A stretch of DNA of 31,211 nucleotides from positions 1 through 31,211 of IMG/VR virus record IMGVR_UViG_3300037755_000457. One strand, given 5' to 3'. How positions within the stretch are numbered: the stretch's first letter is position 1; every line of letters begins with the position of its first letter. The position numbers were made by a program, and so were the translations under genes. The DNA is from a virus. Its lineage: Duplodnaviria; Caudoviricetes. Of the stretch, positions 8,461 through 17,457 are shown piece by piece. The notes under the pieces were generated by a model. The model saw nothing but the letters and a program-made list of their open reading frames with translations, made no database searches and was not told the DNA's origin.

Positions 8461-10811
8461 GCCGCCAGATCCTCGGTGCAAGCCTTCGCCTCCTTGCAGA
8501 GCGTGACGTAGCGCTCGACCTCGGCATTGACCGACTGGAGGGCCGCGACCCGCTTCAGGGCCTCGGATTCGATGGCCTCGGTCAGCTCCTTCTCACGCTC
8601 TAGCTGCTCCTTCTGCGCCTCGTTGAGGTTCGAGGTCGCCTCGACCGCCTGCTCCTGCTGCTCGTTCCACTCGCCGAGGGCCTGACCGGCGATGTCGAGC
8701 CGGGACTTCATCGCGTCCAGGGTGTCGGCGTTGGCCGCCTGCTCGGCGGTCAGGTCGGCCAGCGCCAGCTCCGTGGTGCCGACCTCGGTCCCCAGCGTCT
8801 TCGCCGCCGCCGCCGCGTCCTTGGTGCCGAGGCCGAGCTGCTCCGTGATGTCGAGGTAATCCTGGGCCGAGGTCTCGGCCTGCGCCAGGCCGTGAGCCAA
8901 CTCGCCGGCCCCGACCACCTCCTCTCGCATCGCCTCCCGCAGGTCGCGGGTGCTGTCGAGGAGCTCCTGCCGCGACTCGATCGTGTCCTCGGTCTGGGAG
9001 TGCAGCACCTCGTAGACCGGGGCTGCTTCCGCGATCGCCGCCGTCAGATCACGCTCGACGACGGCAAGCTCATCGGTCGCCGCGAACAGATCCCCAAGCT
9101 GCTCTGCGGTCCGGCTCGGCAGGCCCTCCAGCCCTGCGATCGTGCGGCGCAGCTTCTCGGCCCGCTCGGCCAGCGACTTGGCATCCTCGGCCGCCTGCTC
9201 GGCCCCCTCTCCGAAGACCTGGACATCCTGACGCCTGGCGGCAGCGGCGGTCGCTTCGTCCGTCGCGGCGGCAACCTCCTTAAGGGAGGCGGTGAGGAGA
9301 TCGTTCTTCGCTGCCGCGTCGGTGACGGCATCCGCCTCGGCGCCCAGAGCCTCGCCGCGTTCCGCCGCTCCCGCTGTCGCCTCGGCCCGGGCCGCGTACT
9401 CCTCGCGGATGCGGGCGATCAGCTCGATCCCGGCCTGCGAGGCCGCGTACTGCTCCTGCGCCGTCTCGCGGTAGCCCTCGGCCAGGAACTTCAGGTCCGT
9501 CAGGGCACCCTCGCGGAGCGCGGCAATCGCCTCCCGATCGGCCCTCGCCGCTTCGGCGATCCTGCTCCCCACCACCGGGATCTTGTCGGCCAGGGATTCG
9601 ATCAGGCCGCCGATCGTGTCAGCAAACGCCAGACTGCCGTCCGCCACCTTGGCGAGGCCGCCGAGGATGATCCCCCAGGTGTCGGCCAGGACGCCGCGCA
9701 GCGTCGTGTAGGCGACGCCGACATAGCTGGCGCCACGGACCAGCGTGGCGAGCGTCTGACCGAGGCCGGCTGCGGCACCCGTGGCGGTTTCGCTGTCGGT
9801 GGCGAAGCCGGTCAGGGTGTCGGACGCGATCTCGAGCTCCCGCGCCAGCCCCGCCTGACCCACCCTCTCTGCGAGGTCGCCCACCGCGTTCTTGAGAGCG
9901 GCCAGGGCTCCCGGCAACGTTTCTCGTGCGGCCCTGGCGACACCGCCGAACTCTCCCGCCAGCTCTTCCAGGATGACGCGCTGCGCACCGGCCACGTCGC
10001 CGGTATCGACCAGTGCTTTGATGACCTCCTTCTGGTCCTCGGTGAAGGACACACCAGCCCGGGACAGCGCGCTGATCCCCAGAACCGGGTCGTTCAGCGC
10101 CTTGCCGAGTTGGAGCGCCGCGCCCTTGGCGTCCCCGCCCATCGCCTCGGCGAGATCCAGCGTCCTCTCCAGCACCTCCGGCAGGATGTCCCCGCCGATC
10201 TGCTTGAAGGTCAGCAGCAGCGACAGCAGGCCGAGGTTCGTCTCGTCACCGGAAGTGGTGACCGCCTGCATGTCGGAAGCGATCTTCTGGAGCTCGGCGG
10301 AGGTCAGGCCGGCGGCGTGTTGCGTCGCGGCCAGTGTGGCGTTGAGCTTGGCGACGGCGGCGTCCTGTACGCCCGTGGCTTCGATGATCGCCCTGAACGC
10401 CCGGCCGGCGCCGATCGCGGCCAGCGCAACACCGATGCCGAGGATCGCGCCCTTGAGGCCACCGAGCGAGGAGGCGCCCGACTTGCCGAACGACTCGATG
10501 CGCGCATCCGCCGAGCGTAGCTCGCCCTCCAGGCGGTTCACCTCGGCCCGGAGCTGGCTTACATCGGTGTCTGCGGCGTCAGCCTTCGTGGCCAGTTTGC
10601 CGAAGGCGACGGCGCCCTTCTGGCCGGTCTCGACCAGCTCGCGGGCCAAACCCTCGGCATCGCGCTCGAGGTCGTCGATCTCGGCCCGGTCCGTCGCCGC
10701 GTTGATCTTGGTGATGGTCTGCTGCCAGCGCTGGCCGACCTCGTTGAACCGGCCGAGAGTGTCGCCAATCTCGGCCAGAATCTCGATGATCGCCTGCTCG
10801 CGGACAGCCAC
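8457..10811 (-). CDS. Tail tape measure protein
   Basis: 784 aa Ala-rich helical protein with the conserved TMP block LLTFKQIGG...LGKALNDPVLGISALSRAGVSFTEDQKEVIKALVDTGDVAGAQRVILEEL; GGGGAG RBS. Confidence 0.95.
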   Translation of the reverse strand: MAVREQAIIEILAEIGDTLGRFNEVGQRWQQTITKINAATDRAEIDDLERDAEGLARELVETGQKGAVAFGKLATKADAADTDVSQLRAEVNRLEGELRSADARIESFGKSGASSLGGLKGAILGIGVALAAIGAGRAFRAIIEATGVQDAAVAKLNATLAATQHAAGLTSAELQKIASDMQAVTTSGDETNLGLLSLLLTFKQIGGDILPEVLERTLDLAEAMGGDAKGAALQLGKALNDPVLGISALSRAGVSFTEDQKEVIKALVDTGDVAGAQRVILEELAGEFGGVARAARETLPGALAALKNAVGDLAERVGQAGLARELEIASDTLTGFATDSETATGAAAGLGQTLATLVRGASYVGVAYTTLRGVLADTWGIILGGLAKVADGSLAFADTIGGLIESLADKIPVVGSRIAEAARADREAIAALREGALTDLKFLAEGYRETAQEQYAASQAGIELIARIREEYAARAEATAGAAERGEALGAEADAVTDAAAKNDLLTASLKEVAAATDEATAAAARRQDVQVFGEGAEQAAEDAKSLAERAEKLRRTIAGLEGLPSRTAEQLGDLFAATDELAVVERDLTAAIAEAAPVYEVLHSQTEDTIESRQELLDSTRDLREAMREEVVGAGELAHGLAQAETSAQDYLDITEQLGLGTKDAAAAAKTLGTEVGTTELALADLTAEQAANADTLDAMKSRLDIAGQALGEWNEQQEQAVEATSNLNEAQKEQLEREKELTEAIESEALKRVAALQSVNAEVERYVTLCKEAKACTEDLAA

Positions 10812-10830
10812 CAGCTACTCCCCTTTCACG

Positions 10831-10878
10831 AAAAAGGCGCCGGCCGGGGCGGAGCTACACGCTCTTGCCGGCCGGCGC
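10831..10878 (-). terminator. Rho-independent terminator between tail tube and tape measure genes
   Basis: Minus strand GCGCCGGCCGG-(20 nt)-CCGGCCGGCGC, then C-TTTTT. Confidence 0.75.
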
Positions 10879-10897
10879 ATCGGTCCGTCTCTGTGCG

Positions 10898-12253
10898 CTA
10901 CAGCGCGCTCCGACCGTTGACCACCACGATCTCGGCGTGGCTGTCGAAGTCCAGGCCGTCGTACGTGAAGGTGGCGTCCGGGTCGCCCGCCACCAACTCC
11001 AGCGACTCGTCTCGGTTCGCCGCTCCGGCCTCGGCATCGAACAGGTCGCCTCGCGGAGTGCAGGCCGGCAGCACGACCAGGATGCGGTAGGGAAGCGCGG
11101 TGGCACCGATCATGACATCCGTCTCGGCGTCGATGACGACGCTGATCGGCTGCCGCTCGTGGAGCGCCTGCTGGAGCGTCAGGTCCACCAGGTCGCGGGT
11201 CGGCGTCACGATGGCCCTGAGCTGGCCGGCGCGGCGCACCGTGGCCGACTGTCGGCCTGCGGTATCGGGCCTCGCCTCCAGGGTGTCCCAAGCCAGGCTG
11301 ACCGTCCACCCGCCCTCGACCCTGGTCTCCTCGCCGTCGAGGATGAAGGAGGTGTTGACCGAGCTGATCGCCTGCGAGGCGCCGAGGGCCGGAGTGAAGG
11401 GCGTCGCCCGCTTCGGGATACGGAAAACGTCCAGCTCGGCTAGCGTCGCGCCGACCGGGACGAACGCCTCCGGCTGCTCGGCCTTGACCCCGATCCGCGA
11501 TCCGTCGGTGTTGTGGAGTCGGAACCACACCCCCTCGGTCAGCGTCCGGGTGTCGGAGAACGTCGGCTCGACGGTCGAGCTGCCCAGACCCGCCTGCACC
11601 TCCCAGGTGCCGTCCGCGTTGTCGGTCAGGAACTTGATCCAGATGTCGGCGTCGTCGTCCTCGGCCCAGTTGCCAGGCCACGTCTTGCGGAGCACCGGCA
11701 GCGTCGAGGCGGCACCCGTCTCCTGCTCCGCCACGCCCCCGAAGTAGTAGCCGCCGAAGACGAACGGGAACTGCACCGCGAAGTTTTCCCCCGGCGCCGC
11801 CACGATCTCCGCTCCCCCGATCAGGAGGTCGTGAAAGCGCGTCTCCGGGATGACGTCGTTGAAGCCGCGCATCGACAGGAGGCCGGGTCCCGGCGTGGCC
11901 TTGTCCAGAGCGAACCGCCAGCGCTCGGCCGCGCCTGTGACGTTGGCCACGGCATACTTGCCGAAGAGATTGGCCAGGAAGTGGATCAGGCCGTAGTCGT
12001 TCGGGTCCACGTCGATGGGAGCCAGCGGACCACCGCCGAGGTTCGTCTTGCCCACCAGCGGGACGAGAGGAGCCCCGCCTGGGTTGATCGCCAACCGCTC
12101 GATCACCTGCGGGCTGATGGCCAGCGGCCCGCCCGCGGCGGTGAAGTCGCGGAAGGCCGCCGTCGCCGGCAGACCCCGCGTCGCCTGCGCGGCCACCTGC
12201 CGCTTCATGTTGATCGGGTCGCCGGTGTACCCGCTGAAAAACGGAAGTCCCAT
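10898..12253 (-). CDS. Major tail (tube) protein
   Basis: 451 aa directly upstream of the TMP and followed by a terminator. N-terminal pattern (AAQATRG...RDFT...HFLANLFG) and two-half beta architecture fit long siphophage tube proteins. Confidence 0.75.
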   Translation of the reverse strand: MGLPFFSGYTGDPINMKRQVAAQATRGLPATAAFRDFTAAGGPLAISPQVIERLAINPGGAPLVPLVGKTNLGGGPLAPIDVDPNDYGLIHFLANLFGKYAVANVTGAAERWRFALDKATPGPGLLSMRGFNDVIPETRFHDLLIGGAEIVAAPGENFAVQFPFVFGGYYFGGVAEQETGAASTLPVLRKTWPGNWAEDDDADIWIKFLTDNADGTWEVQAGLGSSTVEPTFSDTRTLTEGVWFRLHNTDGSRIGVKAEQPEAFVPVGATLAELDVFRIPKRATPFTPALGASQAISSVNTSFILDGEETRVEGGWTVSLAWDTLEARPDTAGRQSATVRRAGQLRAIVTPTRDLVDLTLQQALHERQPISVVIDAETDVMIGATALPYRILVVLPACTPRGDLFDAEAGAANRDESLELVAGDPDATFTYDGLDFDSHAEIVVVNGRSAL

Positions 12254-12256
12254 GGT

Positions 12257-12604
12257 CTACCCCTCCCCGCCCGGCTCAGTCCGGGCTTCGTCCTGCTCGG
12301 CGAGATGCCGCCGGGCGAGTTCGAGGTTTGCCCGCACCGCAGGCGATGGATCGGTGCCGCCCTCGTGATAGGCGACGTACTCGGCAGGCGTCATCTTGAA
12401 CGGCCAGGGCTTTAGTGCGGGCACCGTCACCGGCTCCACGCCCCACCCGGCCTGGGCGATCGACGCGGCTTGCAGCTCCGACAGCATCACCTCCCGAGAG
12501 ATCTGCGAGGCCGAGAAGCGCAGCCGCGGGCCGTGGTGAACGTGGAGCACCACCTCGCCCATGCTGGGTTCGGCCGGTCTCGTGATGCGATACAGGCTAT
12601 CCAT
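12257..12604 (-). CDS. Hypothetical protein (neck/tail region)
   Basis: 115 aa; GAGGAG RBS; fills the gap between terminator-like and tube genes. Confidence 0.65.
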   Translation of the reverse strand: MDSLYRITRPAEPSMGEVVLHVHHGPRLRFSASQISREVMLSELQAASIAQAGWGVEPVTVPALKPWPFKMTPAEYVAYHEGGTDPSPAVRANLELARRHLAEQDEARTEPGGEG

Positions 12605-12613
12605 GTCGGCTCC

Positions 12614-13207
12614 TCACGCGGCATCCGCCGCGACGACGTTCTTGAGCAAACCGCTCAGGTGGTCCACCGCAACCTCGTAGGTGACTCTGCACTCCCGCAT
12701 CACCACCACCGTCCCCGTCCCCGGCATCTGCGGGTGCTCGACGACACCTGCCGTAGCGAACGGCCCCACGATCGGACCCTTCTGGGCGAGCTGAACATCC
12801 ACGCCGTTGACCACCTCGGCCAAGTGGCGGGCGTTCTTGATCGCGGTCAGGATCCAGGTCTCCACCGTCGCCAGGCTCGGCTGCGCCCACGGCCACGGGT
12901 CGGTAGGCAGTCCCTTGCGTAGCGGCTTCCACTCCGGCCAGTCGACCAGGATGCGCAGCACCAGCGACACCTTGCGGATATCGACTCGCCCGGGCGCACC
13001 TACCTCCTCCGGGGCCAGGTCGTGCGCCACCTGTAGTCGGGGCATGTTGCGGTAGTCCGGCGCCAGGATCGGGACGGCTTCGATCCGCTCGGCACCGAAG
13101 ACGATCTGCAACCGCTCGTCGGCGGCGAGAACGCGCTGGATCTTGCAGACCAGGACGTCCTCGGGCGCCGCCTCGGCGGGGCCGAAATGCTCGGTCAGGG
13201 ACTTCAC
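12614..13207 (-). CDS. Putative tail terminator/completion protein
   Basis: GTG 13207 overlaps the upstream TGA; KIQRVLAADERLQIVFGAERI...MPRLQV pattern and synteny. The upstream extension shown in the ORF track overlaps the neighbouring gene. Confidence 0.65.
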   Translation of the reverse strand: MKSLTEHFGPAEAAPEDVLVCKIQRVLAADERLQIVFGAERIEAVPILAPDYRNMPRLQVAHDLAPEEVGAPGRVDIRKVSLVLRILVDWPEWKPLRKGLPTDPWPWAQPSLATVETWILTAIKNARHLAEVVNGVDVQLAQKGPIVGPFATAGVVEHPQMPGTGTVVVMRECRVTYEVAVDHLSGLLKNVVAADAA

Positions 13208-13773
13208 TGGACCAGCCCCCGCACGACCACTTCGGCCGCCCGTCGTAGCATCTCCGGCGATACGCCCACGCGACGGGGCGGGATCACCAGCCCAGCCAGC
13301 AGTTTGCGGGCGCTGATCCAGGCGCCGAACGTCAGGCCGAGAGTCACCTGCATAGACAGCCTGCCGGTCTTCCCGCGACGCCGGGCTCGCACCGTGGTCG
13401 ACCGCTCCCGCTGGTGGACGGCGCCGTAGCCCTGGATGCCGATCTGGACGCGATCGGGCTTGATCGCCTCGAAGCTTCCCGCCGCTCGGCCCGCCCACTG
13501 CGCGTCGAGGTTGCCGGTTCGATGGAGGCTCCGCGCCGGCGCCGGCCGGTTGCCGAACGCCTTGCTCCGTGGCCACGGCTGCACGCCCCCGCTGGCGGAC
13601 AGGTACAACTGCCGCCGGCGCTGGTCAGCGACGGAGCCCGGGCCGAAGCGCATCACCTCCACCACCCGCTTCCCAACGGGGTCCACCAGCGGACGCTTCA
13701 GCCTGTTCTCGATGCGGTCGAACGCCTTGCCGCTTCGGGGTCCGCCTCGGAAGCTGGTGCGCAAGACGGCCAT
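13204..13773 (-). CDS. Phage virion morphogenesis (Mu gpG / P2 gpS-like neck) protein
   Basis: Basic protein with W...LHRTGNL...VQIG..GYGAVHQ...IPPRRVGVS motifs; ATG 13773 lies 2 nt after the connector stop. Confidence 0.75.
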   Translation of the reverse strand: MAVLRTSFRGGPRSGKAFDRIENRLKRPLVDPVGKRVVEVMRFGPGSVADQRRRQLYLSASGGVQPWPRSKAFGNRPAPARSLHRTGNLDAQWAGRAAGSFEAIKPDRVQIGIQGYGAVHQRERSTTVRARRRGKTGRLSMQVTLGLTFGAWISARKLLAGLVIPPRRVGVSPEMLRRAAEVVVRGLVQ

Positions 13774-13775
13774 CG

Positions 13776-14354
13776 TTAGAACCCGTGGATCATGCGGTGG
13801 GACTGCACGGTGGACCAGAAGCCTGGCGGGAGGTGCCCGCCGCTCGCCTGGACCGCTGCGCCGGTGTCGATGGTGGGCGTCGCACTGCGGCGCTCGCGGA
13901 ACATCGCCGCGGCGGCTTCGATGATGGCGTGCTCGATGTCGGCCGGCATCGGGTGCGAGGCGTCGTAGCCGGCGGCGTAGGTCACCCGGACAGCATCGGC
14001 ACCTGACGGCCACGTCGCGCCCAGCGCCGAGCCGATGCGCACGAGATAGCGATTCCCGCGCAGCTCGTAGTCGGCCACCAGCGATGCCTCGTAGGAACCG
14101 CCGAGGATCGTGGCCTCGCGCAGCGCCACCTCCGACACCTCGACCGGCTGGCCGAACCACAGGGCCTGCGCCCCTCGCGGCGGCACGGTGAAGTACTTGA
14201 CCGCGGCGGTGGTCCGATCGATCACCAGACCGGAGTGCTGCGCGAAGATCGCCCGCGCCCTGGCCAACAGAGCCTCCAGCAGACCGTCGTGTTCTGCGTC
14301 CACCTCGCCGCCGAGGTAGTCCTTGAGGCTCGCCAGGGTGGGCGGGGTGGTCAC
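13776..14354 (-). CDS. Head-tail connector (HK97 gp6/SPP1 gp15-like, long form)
   Basis: TLASLKDYL...DGLLEALLARA...VRVTYAAGY...MPADIEHAIIE motifs. Confidence 0.85.
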   Translation of the reverse strand: MTTPPTLASLKDYLGGEVDAEHDGLLEALLARARAIFAQHSGLVIDRTTAAVKYFTVPPRGAQALWFGQPVEVSEVALREATILGGSYEASLVADYELRGNRYLVRIGSALGATWPSGADAVRVTYAAGYDASHPMPADIEHAIIEAAAAMFRERRSATPTIDTGAAVQASGGHLPPGFWSTVQSHRMIHGF

Positions 14355-14357
14355 GCT

Positions 14358-14588
14358 CTACGCCTTGGCCTTCCGCGGACGGCCGCGCCGCGCCTTGTTC
14401 GCTGCCGGCGCGTCGGCCTTGTTCTCGGCTGGACGGGCGGCCTTGGCGGCGGTCACGATCTCGACCACGCCGCGCCGCGCCTTGTCCCGCGCCCGCTCCG
14501 CCTCCTCGTCGTACTCGTGCCCCTTCGGGCACCAGGCCGCGCCGGCGGTGTGATTGACCAGGGCGCGGACTCTCACGGTGTTCGCCAT
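14358..14588 (-). CDS. Small basic protein following the capsid gene
   Basis: AGGAGG RBS before ATG 14588; ends RRGRPRKAKA (AT-hook-like). An alternative in-frame ATG at 14705 also has GGAG upstream. Confidence 0.7.
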   Translation of the reverse strand: MANTVRVRALVNHTAGAAWCPKGHEYDEEAERARDKARRGVVEIVTAAKAARPAENKADAPAANKARRGRPRKAKA

Positions 14589-14731
14589 GCCAACCTCCTT
14601 GCGTGTTGCGGTGCTGCCGATGCGCGGGTCCGGACCTGACACCCCTGCCGAGGTCACGGTGACCGACCGCTTCGGGTCGTGTGGCGCGTCGATGATGAGA
14701 GGCATCGGTTCGATCTCCGTGCGGTGGTAGC

Positions 14732-14775
14732 GGTGGCGGGTCCCGGCCGGAGGAGGCCAACCGGAACCCGCCACC
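14732..14775 (-). promoter_or_regulatory. 19-bp stem-loop just downstream of the capsid gene (mRNA stabiliser or attenuator)
   Basis: GGTGGCGGGTTCCGGTTGG-CCTCCT-CCGGCCGGGACCCGCCACC pairs fully with three G-U pairs on the minus strand; no U tract. Confidence 0.6.
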
Positions 14776-14788
14776 CTCGAGCTATGGG

Positions 14789-16303
14789 CTAGCTCGGCGC
14801 CGCGTCGAAGGCCACCTCGACGAACGCCTCGGGCCTGTACCACGCCACGCCGACGCGCTCCTCGGCGAGGATGGTCAACAGGTTCTTCGTGAAGTTGTCG
14901 CTGTGCTGATCCGAGACCCGGATGTTGCCCTCCTCCAGGTCCCAGAGCTGCGCAGCCTGCGCGAAGGCGCCGACCAGGCCGGTGCCCGGAGCGATGGCGG
15001 TGGTCACCACCACCGGCACCCGGAAAAAGCGCGTCACGCCGGCGTTGTCGATGGACGAGATCACCAGGTAGTGGCCGTCGTCGCCCTTGGCCAGCTCGAT
15101 GTCCTGCCAGTCGAGCGGGTGGAAGACCCCGCCGGTCACCGGGTACTCGGCGATCTGCGCCAGCGTCATGGCCTTGCGGATCGCGTCGATCTTGGTATCC
15201 GGCACCGGCAGCGTGGCCCCGGTGCTCCAGGTGTAGGTCTGCCGGCGGGCGTGCGTCAGGATGCCCTGGAGGTTCGGGCTGGCGCCGTCACCGTAGAGGA
15301 GGTCGACCTCCTCTTTGTGGCCGAGACCGTAGAGCAGGCGGTTGTCCACCATGGCCCGGAGCTGGTCGTTGTCCATGACCACCTGACGGGTGACGGGGAG
15401 CCAGTGCGCGATGACCTGAGCGTACCAGTTGCGCAGGGTGAAGCTGAGCTGCGCTTCGGGCTTCAGCGCACCCTCGGCTACGCCCGCCGCCGCGCCCTGC
15501 GTTTGCGACTTGTAGGCGAGGATGGTGCCGGTCGCCGGAGTGGTCGCACCGGAGTCCACCGCGAAGGTGCCCGCCGTGGTGGTGGTGATGGTGACCAGGA
15601 ACGTGCCGTTGTAGTCGGCCTGCACCGCTCCGGAGATGGTGACGTTCACCTTCTGCCCGACGTAGCCCCAGCCGTGGGCCGCCGCCATGGTGATGGTCGC
15701 CAGACCCGCGACGTGCGCGATCGAGGTTACGGCCGCACCGACGCCGGCGCTGAAGCCCATCTCCTCGTAGTACTCGCCCGACGGGACGGAGGTCCGCGCC
15801 GAGGGGATGAGGTCGCGCAGCGTCAGCACCCGGCTGGGGGCCGGGATGATCGGATCGCGCTGGGCCTGCGGAGCGATCCCGGTGCTGTCGAGGAGCGTCT
15901 TGCTCCGGCTGGGCACCATCGCACCCTTGACCCGCATGTTGATGTTGGCGACCTGGCTCTCCCGGAAGCGCTTCAGCGCATCCGAGTTGGTGAACAGGGC
16001 GCCGGGGCTCTCATCGCCCACCCCGGGAGCACCGGGGCGTCCGGAGTTGGCGATCAGCTCGTCCAGCTCCTTGCGCAGCTTGGCGCGCTCCGCGGACTCG
16101 GAGTCCTGGAGGCTCTTGAGGTCGTCGAACAGCTTGTTGACCTTGGCCGCCTGCTCCTCGGTCGCCTTGCCCTGCGTGGCGATCTGCTCGTCACGCTTGG
16201 CGATGGCCGCCTCGAGCGCGGTCGCGGTCTTCTGGAAATCGGATGCCAGCGTGTCGAGCGTCTTCTGCTCGGCCGGCGTGGGGGTCTCTTCGGTGGGCGG
16301 CAC
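14789..16303 (-). CDS. Major capsid protein, HK97 family, with delta domain and E-loop insertion
   Basis: GGGAGG RBS before GTG 16303; coiled-coil N-terminus; TLRDLIP, VAEGALKPE, VIAHWLPVTRQ, LLYGDG, NFTKNLLTILAEER motifs. Confidence 0.96.
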   Translation of the reverse strand: MPPTEETPTPAEQKTLDTLASDFQKTATALEAAIAKRDEQIATQGKATEEQAAKVNKLFDDLKSLQDSESAERAKLRKELDELIANSGRPGAPGVGDESPGALFTNSDALKRFRESQVANINMRVKGAMVPSRSKTLLDSTGIAPQAQRDPIIPAPSRVLTLRDLIPSARTSVPSGEYYEEMGFSAGVGAAVTSIAHVAGLATITMAAAHGWGYVGQKVNVTISGAVQADYNGTFLVTITTTTAGTFAVDSGATTPATGTILAYKSQTQGAAAGVAEGALKPEAQLSFTLRNWYAQVIAHWLPVTRQVVMDNDQLRAMVDNRLLYGLGHKEEVDLLYGDGASPNLQGILTHARRQTYTWSTGATLPVPDTKIDAIRKAMTLAQIAEYPVTGGVFHPLDWQDIELAKGDDGHYLVISSIDNAGVTRFFRVPVVVTTAIAPGTGLVGAFAQAAQLWDLEEGNIRVSDQHSDNFTKNLLTILAEERVGVAWYRPEAFVEVAFDAAPS

Positions 16304-16320
16304 TGTGGTTCCTCCCGCTG

Positions 16321-17094
16321 CTATGCGCCGGGCGGTGAGGCCACCGAGCGCAGGTTGTGGAGAGCCGCCATGACGCCGCTGAAGTCCAGCGCCGCCAGCG
16401 CGACCTTCGTCTGCTCGGGGTCCTCCGGGGCAGCAGCGGGGGGAACCTCGCGGGTGCGCGGGAGTGCCGATAGGGTGCGCAGGTGGACGCCGATGTCGGC
16501 CTTCGCCGACTTGATCCACTCGCGCTCTTCGGTCGAGAGCTCGCCCTTGGCTTCGAGGGCGAGGACTACGGACTTCATGGCCGCCATCGCGTCCGGCAGA
16601 GTCAGTGCGGTCGGAGAAGTCCCGAGGGACTCGCGGATCGCCTTGACCGCTGAGACGCGGGCCTGGTCATTCATCGGCCACGCCACCGGCCCGAATTCGT
16701 ACAAGGTCAACTCGTGCAGCTTACGGGTGTTCGTCTCGTGGTCCAGCTCGTCTCGCACCACATTGTAGGCAAAACTCATGTGCGCCAACTCGCCAGACTT
16801 CAGCTCGGCGTAGGTCTCTCGGCCGACCTGTTTGTCCATGTTGAGCTGCGCCCGAACCCACAGACCGCGCCCGTCCTCACGCATCTCAAGCGGCATGCCT
16901 GCCGAATCTGTGTGGTTCCGGTAGACCTTGATGAGCTTCTGGGGGAGGCGTTCCTTGATGGTGCGGTCGAACGCGCCCGGCATCACGATGTCACCACCGG
17001 CGTCGCGGTTGCCGAAGGTGGAGGCGTAGCCCTCGAAGATTCCGGTCTCCCCGTCGAGCTTGAAGTCGGTCGCTGGGATTGACTTGAGCTGCAT
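16321..17094 (-). CDS. HK97-family prohead protease
   Basis: FEGYASTFGNRDAGGDIVMPGAF, catalytic H (YRNH) and S (HMSFAY), LYEFGPVAWPMN. Confidence 0.95.
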   Translation of the reverse strand: MQLKSIPATDFKLDGETGIFEGYASTFGNRDAGGDIVMPGAFDRTIKERLPQKLIKVYRNHTDSAGMPLEMREDGRGLWVRAQLNMDKQVGRETYAELKSGELAHMSFAYNVVRDELDHETNTRKLHELTLYEFGPVAWPMNDQARVSAVKAIRESLGTSPTALTLPDAMAAMKSVVLALEAKGELSTEEREWIKSAKADIGVHLRTLSALPRTREVPPAAAPEDPEQTKVALAALDFSGVMAALHNLRSVASPPGA

Positions 17095-17105
17095 CTCGGG
17101 TCCCG

Positions 17106-17156
17106 ATTATAGGGCCGCTTGCGTTGCCGGTGTCGTCCGGTGTAGTCTGTTGCTAT
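17106..17156. promoter_or_regulatory. Back-to-back promoters with 10-bp direct repeats
   Basis: Minus-strand TATAAT (17106-17111) before the protease. Plus-strand TTGCGT-18-TAGTCT lies 6 nt before ATG 17155. Repeats CCGGTGTCGT/CCGGTGTAGT at 17127-17146. Confidence 0.6.
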
Positions 17157-17457
17157 GACTTGCGCGGATACGCTTGTAGCAGAGCACTCCTCCTACACGC
17201 CGAAGGAGGTCGCGGCGCTGGAGCGTTGCCACATCGAAACCATCTACCGGGCACTGCGGGCGGGGTGCCTGCGCGGATACAGGCTTCGCGGATCGGCCGG
17301 GAAGTGGCGGATCAGCGGGTCGGCACTGGCAGAGTGGAGGGGTGAGCCAACATTCGAGGAGTTGCGCGACTTCCTCGCCGATTTCCCGCACGAGGGCATC
17401 GTCTGGCACCACCCCGACGGACGCATGGCGAAGATCAAGCGGCGGGACTTCCGGTGA
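17155..17457 (+). CDS. Excisionase/MerR-like (HTH_17) DNA-binding protein fused to an RNA-ligase-like C-terminal fragment
   Basis: YTPKEVAALERCHIETIYRALRAGCLRGYRL...KWRISGSALAEW is an HTH_17 pattern; the tail is EGIVWHHPDGRMAKIKRRDF. Confidence 0.8.
   Translation: MTCADTLVAEHSSYTPKEVAALERCHIETIYRALRAGCLRGYRLRGSAGKWRISGSALAEWRGEPTFEELRDFLADFPHEGIVWHHPDGRMAKIKRRDFR

Noticed and set aside
13204-16519. ORF-track lengths of 518 aa (13204-14760) and 576 aa (14789-16519)
   Set aside because: Upstream parts overlap other genes; RBS and coupling support starts at 13773 and 16303.
17155-17457. True excisionase marking an integration module
   Set aside because: No integrase or att-like site nearby; it lies inside the head operon, so a regulatory role fits better.
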